DNA from: Desulfomonilia bacterium
GTDB taxonomy: Bacteria > Desulfobacterota > Desulfomonilia > UBA1062
Assembly: GCA_963664325.2 (NCBI GenBank)
Contig: CAXXDQ010000008.1
Span: 32,001 to 96,000 of the forward strand
Direction: 5' to 3'
Length of the DNA stretch: 64,000 nucleotides
Shown here: positions 34,247 through 44,485 of the stretch, piece by piece
How positions within the stretch are numbered: position 1 is the stretch's first letter
Layout: each line of letters starts with the position of its first letter
The notes under the pieces: model-generated
The model's input: only the letters and a program-made list of their open reading frames with translations
Databases searched by the model: none
What the model was told of the DNA's origin: nothing
Program-made: the position numbers and the translations under genes

Positions 34247-35720
34247 ATGATTACAGGAAATCAGTATAAAGAAAGAATCGCCAAGTTGAGGCCGAACGTT
34301 TATCAGAAGGGGAAGTTGGTGGACCGTTTCGATCCGACGATTCAGGGCGGGATCAATGTCATGGCGGCCACGTATGACTTTGCCTCCGAGCCCGAGTTCA
34401 GCGGTGTCGGTGTGGCGACCTCCCATATCACGGGAGAGAAGATCAACCGTTATACCCATATCCATCAGACCATGGAGGATCTGCTGAACAAGCAGAAAAT
34501 GACGCGCCTGTACTGTCAGGAAGTGGGCGGCTGCATTCAGCGCTGCATGGGGATCGATGGGTTGAATGCTTTATCCATCGCCAGTTATGATGCGGATGTG
34601 AAGCATGGCACGAGCTATAACAAGAATTTTATCGAATTCATGAAAAAAGTGCAGGCGGAGGATCTCTCCCTGGTTTGTGCCCAGACGGACGTGAAAGGGA
34701 ACCGTCCCTGGCGTCCCGGAAAACAGCAGGACCCGGATCTCTATCTGCGGGTTGTTGAGAAGAGGCCGGATGGGATCATTGTTACCGGGGCCAAAGCACA
34801 TAATTCCTGTTCCGCTTATGCGGATGAGATTATCGTATTGCCACACGCGAAACATGGTTGCCGATGAAGGCGACTGGGCGGTGGCTTTTTCCATACCGGC
34901 CGACTGGGAAGGGGTGACGATCATCAATGGCGCTTTTTCACCCCCGCAGCGCAAGAAATTGGATGCCCCTTACAACAAACTGGGTATCTCTCACTCTCTG
35001 ACGGTATTCGACAAGGTTTTCATTCCCCGGGAGCGGGTCTTCCTGTGCGGGGAAACGGAGCAAGCGGGCAAAGCAGCCCTGTTTTTTGCCTTGTACCATC
35101 GCCATAGTTATTGCGGCTGCAAGGCGGCCTTGTCGGAGATCTTTACGGGCGCTACAGCGCTGGCGGCGGAGTACAACGGCATCGCGAACGCCCAGCATGT
35201 GCGGCATCAGTTGGCGGAGATGATTCAGATCGTGGACTTGATTTATGCCGCGGGTATTGCCGCAGCCATGAATTACACGAAGGCCGGTTCGGGCACGGCC
35301 ATCCCTGACACGAACTACTGCAATGCAGGGCGGATGCTGGCGGGAGAGGCGATTTACGGGGAATATGAAGCGTTGGCTGCGATCGCGGGCGGGCTGGCCG
35401 CGACGCTACCCCACGAGGAGGATTTCTATGATGAGAAGCTGGGTCCCTACCTGGAGAAATACATCATGCGGAATCCCGAGATTTCAGCGGAGAATCAGCA
35501 TCGGGCTTTTCGTCTGTTTCAGGACATGATGTCATCGGTGTGGGGCGGCCATAAGCTGATCGATGCGCTTCACGGCGGCGGCTCGCCGGTGATCGAGAAG
35601 GTGGCCATTTATCGTGATCACAATATCGAGCATTCCAAGAGTATTGCGAAGAAGCTGGCGGGCATTCCCTACGAAGGCTCGACGCGTGGCATCTTCCGGG
35701 AAAAGCGCTCCTGGTATTGA
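34247..35720 (+). CDS. 4-hydroxybutyryl-CoA dehydratase (AbfD)-like FeS flavoprotein, one frameshift
   Basis: CIQRCMGID, QTDVKGNR, GAKAH, HRHSYCGCK, HGGGSP. Confidence 0.8.
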
Positions 35721-35893
35721 TCGGATAGGTGCTTTTCACGGTAAAAGCAATTGAGGACTTCATTTAATAAGTCAATTCGGGAAGGCGCTTATGCCTTCCC
35801 GAAAATCCGATAACCGGGTTGCCCGGCCGTATCGGACGGTTTTGCGAATCGATTGGCTCCGAGGACAGGAGCGTGCGACAGGAGAAGTTTGCA

Positions 35894-37187
35894 ATGGAGA
35901 CAATAAAACCGGGGCCGCTTTCCGGCCTGACGGTACTGGATTTTACATGGGTTCTCGCGGGGCCTCATGCCACGAAAACGCTGACCGACATGGGAGCCCA
36001 TGTCATTAAAGTTGAACACTACAAAAATGGAACCAATGAACGGGCACAAAATCTCCGGGTTCAGCATAATGGTGTGATCCAAAGTTCCTACCACATCCAT
36101 CTGAACCGAGGGAAAAAAAGCACCTGCATCAATCTCAAGCATCCCAAGGGAATCGGAATCATCCATGGCTTGCTCAGGAAAAGCGACATCGTGATTGAAA
36201 ACTTTGCCCCGGGGGTTATGGACCGATTGAAGTTGGATTACGACTCAGTCAAGAAGATTAAGCCGGATATCATTTATTGTTCCATTTCTTGTTTTCGGCC
36301 ATTGGGGTCCCTACAGCCATAAACCGGGTTATGATGTCATTGCTCAAGCAGCAAGCGGATGGACAAGCCAAAGCGAGCCTCCTATCATGGCGCCTGTTTC
36401 GATCGGCGATACAACGGCGTCCATGCATGCCTGCACTGCCATCCTGGCTGCCGTCTATAACAGGATCATGACGGGGAAAGGACAAAACATCGATATCTCC
36501 ATGGTGGACTGTCTGTTCTCACTTCACGAGAATGCGGTTCCCTGGTTTTTTATCAGTGACGCAGCGGGTAATCCGGTCAGGATGCCCAGAACGGGTCAGA
36601 AAAGCCCGGCCAATGCCCCTTACGGAATCTACAACGCTAAAAACGGGTGCATTGCTATTGCCAGTCTCACGGCTAATCGCTGGCCGCAGCTCATTGAACT
36701 CATGGGACCGGAATATGCCTGGCTGAAGGAAGATCCCCGGCTGCAGGATCCTGCCAGCCGTATCAGTATGGAAAATGCGCCGCTGATTCATGAAGCCTTG
36801 GAGAGCTGGGTCCAGTCGCAGGATTCCGTCGAGGAGACCGAGAGAAAATTGGAGGATGCCGGGATTCCCTGTTCTCGGGTGAAAGACTTGATCGAACTGG
36901 CAACAGAGGACCCTCATATGGAGGCGAGGGAAATGCGGCCCGAGAGGTATCAACCCTTTATCGGGAACATGAAGATGTACGGCAGTCCTTTGAAATTCTC
37001 GGAAACGCCTTCCACGATTCGTGGATATGCGCCTCTCCTGGGAGAGCACAATCAAGAAATTCTCTCGACCTTTCTGAATTACTCTGATCGGGAGATAGAG
37101 TCGCTCTATCAAGAGGATGTTCTGTATCACGCTCCGGAAGTAGAGAAGCTGCCGGATGAATTGAAAAAGGCAAATAAACAGGAATAA
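35894..37187 (+). CDS. Family III CoA-transferase (CaiB/BaiF), one frameshift
   Basis: LAGPHAT, NRGKKS, ENFAPGV, GYDVIAQA, PLLGEHN. Confidence 0.9.
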
Positions 37188-37735
37188 GGCATATATTGAG
37201 CGCTCAGGCAGAGGGACGGCTCTTACTGAAGCGGTACGGAGGCTGGGCACGTGGGAACATTAACCGCAAAAACAGCATGGATCACGGGAGGGGGCACCAT
37301 GTATTGCATCCAGGCCGTGCTCCCCGCCATGAGATCCGGAAGGCATTCATATCTCTTCCCGGGCGGACCGGATATGACACACACTATTCGTTCATAGGAA
37401 GTCCTGCTCTCCAGACCGACGTCTGCTGAGCAGAACCCCGCCTGCACCCGTATCTATGATGAATCTGCCGTTTTGACTGCCCAGGGCAACCCGGGGAATA
37501 AAAGAAACGATCAACGCGGTATCTCCGGCTCCGGTTGCATAAAGAACGCCGGCGCTTGTCATCACCCGTATGCCGGCTCCCCGTCCGGATCGGGAAGACG
37601 GGAAGACCATGCCCAGGGTAGCTGGAAGGTTGCCGCCGCCCCATGGATAAAGCTTCAGGATTCAAAGAGAAACATCCTCAACAGATCGCTTCAGTCCTCC
37701 TTTCCCATGCCTCACACACCCTGCCGTGAAAACAC

Positions 37736-37790
37736 TTGACAAAGAAAATTTAATTCTATAATAAGAAACATCATTTCGCAATACGGAATA
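37736..37790 (+). promoter_or_regulatory. Sigma70-like promoter and candidate IclR operator
   Basis: TTGACA (37736) and TATAAT (37757; short 15-bp spacer); imperfect palindrome ATTTCGCAATACGGAAT. Confidence 0.45.
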
Positions 37791-37796
37791 TAAAAC

Positions 37797-38585
37797 ATGG
37801 CGGATACAAAACCCGGAAACCTTGTGCAAACCATTGAACGGGTAGCGGCCATCCTGGATATCGTGGGCCGCAATGCCCAGGGCATCGCCATCAAGGATCT
37901 GTCCGCAAAACTGCATCTCCCGAAAGGCACGGTCCATCGGCTCCTCTCCTCTCTCGCCTATTTCGGATATATCCGGCAGGATGCAAAAAAGAATAATTAT
38001 TTCCTAGGATTAAAACTTCTTGAGCTGGGCAACCTGATTGCCGATCAGCTCGATCTCCGAAGAATAGCCAAACCCCTGCTCCTGGGCCTCGTTGAGAAAG
38101 TCCGCGAAACGGCTCATATGGTGATTCTCGAACGGAACGAGGTTGTGTACATCGATAAAATCGAAACGGTACAGGACACCAGCGCCCTCAAAATGGTGTC
38201 TCGCGTGGGTTCAAGGAACCTTGCCCACAGTTGTGCCGTGGGAAAGGTGCTTCTGTCGCACCTCTCTCCTGATGAACTCGATAAGTTGATTGCGGAAAAG
38301 GGGTTGCCGCAGAAGACCGAGCATACCATAACGGATACCGTCATCCTGAAAGAACACCTGGTCACCGTGAAAAACCAGGGGTTCGCCATTGACAATGAGG
38401 AAAGCGAGATCGGCATCCGCTGCGTTGCCGCCCCCATCTTTGACGGCAAGGGCAAGGCGATTGCCGCAATCAGCATTTCCGGTCCCGCCTTCAGGGTCAC
38501 GATCATGCGGATCCAGGATGCGATCGTCAATGATGTCATCAAGACGGCCTCGGACATCTCGGACCTGCTCGGATTCACGGGGTAA
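37797..38585 (+). CDS. IclR family regulator (KdgR-like by context)
   Basis: LPKGTVHRLL HTH, AVGKVLL, GIRCVAAPIF. Confidence 0.9.
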   Translation: MADTKPGNLVQTIERVAAILDIVGRNAQGIAIKDLSAKLHLPKGTVHRLLSSLAYFGYIRQDAKKNNYFLGLKLLELGNLIADQLDLRRIAKPLLLGLVEKVRETAHMVILERNEVVYIDKIETVQDTSALKMVSRVGSRNLAHSCAVGKVLLSHLSPDELDKLIAEKGLPQKTEHTITDTVILKEHLVTVKNQGFAIDNEESEIGIRCVAAPIFDGKGKAIAAISISGPAFRVTIMRIQDAIVNDVIKTASDISDLLGFTG

Positions 38586-38708
38586 GAGGAACGGCAGGCA
38601 ACACAGAAGAGGAGGCGGGGAAGACCAAGTTTGGGAGAGGCAAGGAATTATGACCATCAAATGATGAAGGGCGGGTCTTTCATCAATCATCACATTAAGG
38701 AGGGGAAA

Positions 38709-39698
38709 ATGAAAAAACTGCTGGTCACTGTCTTATTGTTTGCCCTTGTTTGTTGCGTTTACGGCACGGACGCCGGGGCGGCAGCCATGGAGATGAAACT
38801 GGGGCATTTTGCCGCCGATACCCATCCGGGGAACCTGGCGAGCAAAATGTTCGCCGATGCCGTTTTCAAGAGAACGAACGGTCAGATCAAAATCACCACT
38901 TACCCGAACAATGCGCTGGGATCGCCCCCGGAAGTCCTGGAACAAAACATTCTCGGCGCCGTGGACATGAGCCTGCCCACACAGGGACAGCTCGGGAAGT
39001 ACTCCAAAAAATTCAACTGCGTCATGCTTCCTTTTGTTTTCAGCAATTACGCCCAGGCGGATAAGGTCCTGGACGGGCCTTTCCTCAAATGGGCCGTTGC
39101 CGATCTCGACAAGGCGGGATTGGTATTCCTGTCGAACTGGGAATGGGGGTTCAGGAATCTGACCAACAATTTGCGGCCCGTCAAGAATCCCGAGGATGCC
39201 AAAGGACTCAAAATAAGAACGCCGCCAGAATTGCCGACCCAGGCCGCGATGGAAGCGCTGGGCGCCGTTGTGGCCACCATCAATTTCAACGAACTGCAAA
39301 TGGCCCTGAAGCAGGGCGTCGTGGACGGCCAGGAAAACCCCATTGCCGTCATTTTTGCGAATAAGATTTATGAGACCCAGAAATATCTCACCATGACGGG
39401 CCATAATTACAACACCATGGTTCATGTCATCAGTAAAAAAACCTGGAACAAGCTGACGCCGGAACAGAAAACCATCCTCCATGAAGAGAGTAAAAAGGCC
39501 GGGGACTGGATGAAAAAAGCTGTCCGGGACGCCGAAGCGGACCAGATAAAACAATTGCAGAAATTCGGCATGCAGGTCGTCTACCCGGACAAGGCCAAGT
39601 TCAAGGCCCTCATGAAACCGGCCTACGACCGGATGAAGGGAATCGCCGGTGAAGACAATATCGGTGCATTCGTCAAAATGGTGGAAGCAACCAAATAA
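38709..39698 (+). CDS. dctP: TRAP transporter substrate-binding protein
   Basis: GFRNLT, KGLKIR, GVVDGQENP. Confidence 0.9.
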   Translation: MKKLLVTVLLFALVCCVYGTDAGAAAMEMKLGHFAADTHPGNLASKMFADAVFKRTNGQIKITTYPNNALGSPPEVLEQNILGAVDMSLPTQGQLGKYSKKFNCVMLPFVFSNYAQADKVLDGPFLKWAVADLDKAGLVFLSNWEWGFRNLTNNLRPVKNPEDAKGLKIRTPPELPTQAAMEALGAVVATINFNELQMALKQGVVDGQENPIAVIFANKIYETQKYLTMTGHNYNTMVHVISKKTWNKLTPEQKTILHEESKKAGDWMKKAVRDAEADQIKQLQKFGMQVVYPDKAKFKALMKPAYDRMKGIAGEDNIGAFVKMVEATK

Positions 39699-39730
39699 TA
39701 ACGGCACAAGAGAAAAACGGGTGAACTGAC

Positions 39731-41014
39731 ATGTTAATCCTGTTCATTTTCCTGGTCCTGCTGATCCTCATCATGATCGATCTTCCCATTGCTGTTGCCA
39801 TGGGCCTGACGGCGATTATCTTCTTCGTCGGCCTGGGCGACAGCTCGTTGCTGACCATGCTGCCCCAGCGAATGTACGCCTCCACCACGGGCTTCACCCT
39901 CCTGGCCATCCCCTTTTTCATCCTGGCCGGGAATCTGATGAACAGCGGCGGCGTTACGAGCCGGATCTTCCGCTTTGCCAAGGCCCTTTTCGGCCATTTT
40001 ACGGGCGGCATGGGGCAGGTCTGCGTGGTGGCGAATGTCATCTTTTCCGGCATGTCGGGCTCGGCCATCGCCGATGCGGCCGGGTTGGGGCAGGTCCTTT
40101 ACAAGGCCATGATCGACAGCGGGTTCACGCCGCGCTTTGCCGCCGCCATCGTGGCCGCCGCCGCCACCATCGGTCCCGTCATCCCGCCGAGCATTCCTTT
40201 TGTCCTTTACGGCGCCCTCACGGGCGTATCCGTCAGCGCCCTGTTTCTCGCCGGATTCATCCCCGGCATCCTGATGGCCATTGCCATGATGATTGCCATC
40301 TATTTTCTGGCCAAACGCCGGAATTTACACCGGGAGCCCAGGGCCGATTTCAAAGAGGTTGTGGCCAGCATCAAGGGGGCGTTTCTGGCCCTCCTGACGC
40401 CGGTCATCATCATCGGCGGCATCCTTCTGGGAATATTCACGCCCACGGAAGCGGCGGTTGTCGCGTCTCTCTATGCATTATTTCTGGGGTTTTTGTATAA
40501 GGATCTCACCCTGAAGGATTTGCCCCGCATCTTCTGGGTCACGATCCGGCAGACGGTATCCCTCATGTTCATCATTGCCGCTGCCGGTTTCTTCGGCTGG
40601 TTTACCATCTATCACAAGATCCCGGACGAGATCATCCTGAGCCTGACCGGTTTGAGCATGACATCCGCTAGTGTCATCGCCATTGTCATTTTCATTGTCC
40701 TGATTCTGGGCATGTTTCTGGAGGGCAATGCCATCTTCATCCTCACCATCCCTTTTTTTGCCCCCATGTGCCGCCAATTCGGGATCGATCTGGTTAATTT
40801 CGGCGTCGTCATGACCCTGCTCATCATGATCGGCAATCTGACGCCTCCCGTGGGCATGTGCCTGTTTGCCGTATCGTCCTTCAGTAAAGTCACGCTGGGC
40901 GAGCTGTCGAAGGAAGTCTGGCCTTACATCATCGGCATATTGCTGGTCACGATCCTCATTGCGTATGTTCCTGCCATCGCCCTGTTTATCCCGAACGTCA
41001 TGGGGGGAAAGTGA
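39731..41014 (+). CDS. dctM: TRAP transporter large permease
   Basis: LAIPFFILAG, SGSAIADAA, IPPSIP, TPTEAA, TPPVG. Confidence 0.9.
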   Translation: MLILFIFLVLLILIMIDLPIAVAMGLTAIIFFVGLGDSSLLTMLPQRMYASTTGFTLLAIPFFILAGNLMNSGGVTSRIFRFAKALFGHFTGGMGQVCVVANVIFSGMSGSAIADAAGLGQVLYKAMIDSGFTPRFAAAIVAAAATIGPVIPPSIPFVLYGALTGVSVSALFLAGFIPGILMAIAMMIAIYFLAKRRNLHREPRADFKEVVASIKGAFLALLTPVIIIGGILLGIFTPTEAAVVASLYALFLGFLYKDLTLKDLPRIFWVTIRQTVSLMFIIAAAGFFGWFTIYHKIPDEIILSLTGLSMTSASVIAIVIFIVLILGMFLEGNAIFILTIPFFAPMCRQFGIDLVNFGVVMTLLIMIGNLTPPVGMCLFAVSSFSKVTLGELSKEVWPYIIGILLVTILIAYVPAIALFIPNVMGGK

Positions 41015-41046
41015 TCGTTGGCCATGCTTTGCGAAAGGACCTGCTT

Positions 41047-41541
41047 ATGAATCTGTTAAAACAAATCGACCGGATCATCCTGAAGGTGCTCAAGGCCGTC
41101 TCGATTGCCTGCTTCATTATCCTGACCGTCCTGGTTGCGGCCAATGTCGTCATCCGGTTTTTCCCCGTCGTATCCCTGCACTGGTTCGACGAGATTATCG
41201 AACTCGTGGTGGCGGCCCTCATTTTTTACGGCTCTGCCGCGCTCTGGATTACCCGGGAACATTTCAGCGTGGGGGACTGGATCGGGAAACGCCTCGCCCC
41301 GAGGCCCCGGCACGCCTATCGGCTGGTCGTCGAGTTGCTGGCGCTGGGCTTTATCGTGCTTTTTTTCCATTATTCCTATGCCCTGACCGCTTCCGCGGAG
41401 GATGTGACCAATGCCTTCGCCATTCCCAAATGGATTCTCTATGCCTGTCTTCCCGTTTCCGCAGCGATCATGATGATTTATTCCGTCCGGAACATCCTGG
41501 GTGAACTGGCGGGAATCCTCAAACATCAAAGCAGCGCGTGA
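41047..41541 (+). CDS. dctQ: TRAP transporter small permease
   Basis: Four TM segments, W.DEI, EHFSV. Confidence 0.8.
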   Translation: MNLLKQIDRIILKVLKAVSIACFIILTVLVAANVVIRFFPVVSLHWFDEIIELVVAALIFYGSAALWITREHFSVGDWIGKRLAPRPRHAYRLVVELLALGFIVLFFHYSYALTASAEDVTNAFAIPKWILYACLPVSAAIMMIYSVRNILGELAGILKHQSSA

Positions 41542-41586
41542 GGCAAAAGCGCCTCCCCTGCCGGAAATACGAGAAAGGAGCGTAAA

Positions 41587-42417
41587 ATGGATATTCGGTA
41601 TGCCTTGCATGCGGATCATTTCAAGATGCTGACCACGGGAGAGGTGAGGAAACATCTTTTGATCGAAAACCTTTTTGAGAAAGACAAGGCCAGTTTGGTT
41701 TACAGCCACGTGGACCGGATCATTGTCGGCGGCGTTATGCCCGTTGACGGGAGCGTGGCGCTCGGTGTGACCAAGGCCCTCGGGGTCGATTATTTCCTGG
41801 AGAGACGGGAAATCGGGATCATCAACATCGGTGCCGACGGGACCGTGGTCGTCGATGGCGCGGACTATCGCCTGAAAAAGAAAGAGGGCCTCTACGTGGG
41901 CATGGGCGCCCGGGACATCGGTTTCCGGAGCGACGACCAGGCCTCACCTGCCAAATTTTACTTCAACAGCGCACCGGCACACGCGCAGTGGCCGACCGTC
42001 AAGATCACGAAAGAAAATGCCAACCGCCTTGACCTGGGCTCGGACGAAGAGGCCAACAAACGGACCATATATCAGCTTATCCATCCCGCTGTCCTGAAAA
42101 GCTGCCAGCTCGTGATGGGATTTACGGAACTGGCGACGGGAAGCGTCTGGAATACCATGCCCTGCCACACCCACGACCGGCGCATGGAAGTCTATTGCTA
42201 TTTTGAGATTCCCGACGGAGCCGCGGTTTTCCACATGACCGGGGAGCCGCAGGAAACGCGGCACATGGTGGTCAGAAACGAACAGGCCGTTATTTCGCCG
42301 AGCTGGTCGATCCATTCCGGCGTCGGGACAAAAAATTATACGTTTATCTGGGGGATGGTGGGAGAGAATCAAACCTTTACCGACATGGATGAAGTCCCCA
42401 TGTCATCACTTCGATGA
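41587..42417 (+). CDS. kduI: 5-dehydro-4-deoxy-D-glucuronate isomerase
   Basis: YSHVDRIIVGG, WNTMPCHTHDRRMEVY, SPSWSIHSG. Confidence 0.95.
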   Translation: MDIRYALHADHFKMLTTGEVRKHLLIENLFEKDKASLVYSHVDRIIVGGVMPVDGSVALGVTKALGVDYFLERREIGIINIGADGTVVVDGADYRLKKKEGLYVGMGARDIGFRSDDQASPAKFYFNSAPAHAQWPTVKITKENANRLDLGSDEEANKRTIYQLIHPAVLKSCQLVMGFTELATGSVWNTMPCHTHDRRMEVYCYFEIPDGAAVFHMTGEPQETRHMVVRNEQAVISPSWSIHSGVGTKNYTFIWGMVGENQTFTDMDEVPMSSLR

Positions 42418-42436
42418 TCCCGGGAAAGGGAGGTGC

Positions 42437-43201
42437 ATGATGATCCTTGATCAATTCAGACTCAACGGCAAGACAGCCATCGTGACAGGCGCCCGGACCG
42501 GCCTGGGGCAGGGTATGGCCTGCGGCCTGGCAGAGGCCGGTGCCGACATTGTGGGCATTGATTTGACCGGCATGGAAGAAACGAAGAAGGCCATCGAGGG
42601 CCTGGGCAGGATTTTTTTGCCCGTGGAAGCCGATCTTTCGGATATACGGGTCATTGACGGCATCATGCAAAAAGCCGTTGCCGCCTTCGGCAAGGTCCAT
42701 ATCCTGATCAACAACGCCGGCATCATCCGCAGGACCGACGCCATCGAATTCAGCGAACAGGACTGGGATGAGGTCATGAATATCAACCTGAAAACGGTTT
42801 TTTTCTTTTCCCAGGCCGTGGCCCGGCAATTCCTCAAACAGGGCGGCGGCGGAAAGATCATCAATGTCGCATCGCTCCTTTCCTATCAGGGCGGAATCCG
42901 CGTCCCCTCCTACACGGCAAGTAAAAGCGGGGTCATGGGCATCACCCGGCTTATGGCAAACGAGTGGGCCGCCCATGCCATCAATGTCAACGCCATTGCG
43001 CCCGGCTATATGGCAACGGATAACACGGCGCCGCTGCGGGCGGACCCGAAGAGAAGCAGCGAGATCCTGGGCCGGATACCGGCAGGACGCTGGGGGTTGC
43101 CCGAGGATCTCAAAGGCGTGGCGGTCTTTCTGGCGTCTGCCGCCTCAAGCTACATAAACGGCTATACGATTGCCGTGGACGGCGGGTGGCTTGCGCGGTA
43201 A
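42437..43201 (+). CDS. kduD: 2-dehydro-3-deoxy-D-gluconate 5-dehydrogenase
   Basis: TGARTGLGQG, NNAGIIRR, QGGIRVPSYTASK, VDGGWLAR. Confidence 0.95.
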   Translation: MMILDQFRLNGKTAIVTGARTGLGQGMACGLAEAGADIVGIDLTGMEETKKAIEGLGRIFLPVEADLSDIRVIDGIMQKAVAAFGKVHILINNAGIIRRTDAIEFSEQDWDEVMNINLKTVFFFSQAVARQFLKQGGGGKIINVASLLSYQGGIRVPSYTASKSGVMGITRLMANEWAAHAINVNAIAPGYMATDNTAPLRADPKRSSEILGRIPAGRWGLPEDLKGVAVFLASAASSYINGYTIAVDGGWLAR

Positions 43202-43452
43202 AGTGACGTCGCTCAGGCCGCCGGTCCTGACATGCCCTATCCGGCACGTCTGTCCGGAATTCGGTACGAGCAAAAAAATCCAATGCCGTTGATTTCAGCG
43301 CCTAAAGTCAACGATATTGCGGTGAACTTCGGGCACTACCTTGGTACTACGTGTACGCTTTGACGCTTTGCTTTTAGTGCTTTGCTTTTGGGGCCGGACC
43401 AAGTGACGTGGATTAATTTTCTTATGATAGACATATAGCCCCCTGCTTTATA

Positions 43453-43806
43453 TCATAAAAAAACCTTGTAGCTGATATTCAGGACCTTCCCCAGACGCTT
43501 TGCCATTTCCTTGCCAATGGGACGCTTGCCGTTTTCCATTTCGGAGATATGGCGCTGAGGAATCCCGATCAACTCGGCGAGTTTTATCTGTGTTAAGCCT
43601 TCCCGGTATCTTGACCCGGCCAGGGCCTTACCGATCAACTGGACTTCGGAACATTCAGGATACGCATCCCGCCAGGGAACGGCGTCGGATGTATCCTGAA
43701 ACCCCAGGGGTTTCAAGGTTTCAATGGCGGCCGCCATGTTCACAACAGGACCAATGAACCGTAGTTCAACGGTTTCAGTAGGGCGCTTTTTCGTGTGTGC
43801 CTGCAT
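43453..43806 (-). CDS. HigA-like XRE HTH antitoxin
   Basis: LTQIKLAELIGIPQRHISEMENGKRPIG; downstream of a toxin-like gene. Confidence 0.75.
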   Translation of the reverse strand: MQAHTKKRPTETVELRFIGPVVNMAAAIETLKPLGFQDTSDAVPWRDAYPECSEVQLIGKALAGSRYREGLTQIKLAELIGIPQRHISEMENGKRPIGKEMAKRLGKVLNISYKVFL

Positions 43807-44053
43807 ATGTCACCTCAATCAGTTTTATCTCTTTATTCATGACCTCCCATATTGCCACATAGGTCGGATGACCTTTCTTCAAGTGGCAATGGTAGCGGTT
43901 TTCGGACAGGGCGCTAAAATTTGGCCAGTCGCCCCGGATCGGCCCATTCGCTTCCATGTCCTTTTTCAATGCAACGAGAAGGTTCTGAACCTTTATCGGC
44001 AATTTTCTGACTCGTTTATTCAGCGACCGTCTTTCTGTAACCGTCCATATCAT
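43775..44053 (-). CDS. RelE/HigB-like toxin
   Basis: 92 aa basic protein, YHCHLKKG..YVAIW...YAGTHEKAPY; toxin-first order. Confidence 0.65.
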   Translation of the reverse strand: MIWTVTERRSLNKRVRKLPIKVQNLLVALKKDMEANGPIRGDWPNFSALSENRYHCHLKKGHPTYVAIWEVMNKEIKLIEVTYAGTHEKAPY

Positions 44054-44485
44054 GGCTCAATCCTATACCAAAAAAAAGTATAAGGCAAACGATTTCTGTT
44101 TATGGAATGGGGGAATGGGGGGGGGGACCCAATGCCCCATTCCATCTATTCATCCATGATCGGCGAATGAGCCCGAAGCGGTTTTTCTGACGGGGCCAGC
44201 TTTTACTATCTGCACGGATATGTACCCAAAATGAGTTGACGGCAAGTCTAGCTGCAATTTCGGCACTATCGGACAAGACAAAAGTGCTCAATACCATGGT
44301 ACTCAACGGCATTGTGCATTACCTAATATTTTTTGGCAGAAAATGGGGCTTTTGACAAAAATACGTCAGCGTCGTACGTGTTTTTGAATTTCTTATTGAA
44401 ATCAAATAGATGAAGCCTTTCGCATGGGAAAATTTTTTTTGCCTGTTTTTTCACCAATAATAGCAGGCCAGTATGAGGTCGTTTC

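Noticed and set aside
38733-39707. Long antisense ORFs (also 11782-12744, 25389-26270, 32260-33039)
   Set aside because: Shadow frames of well-supported genes, with no recognisable motifs.
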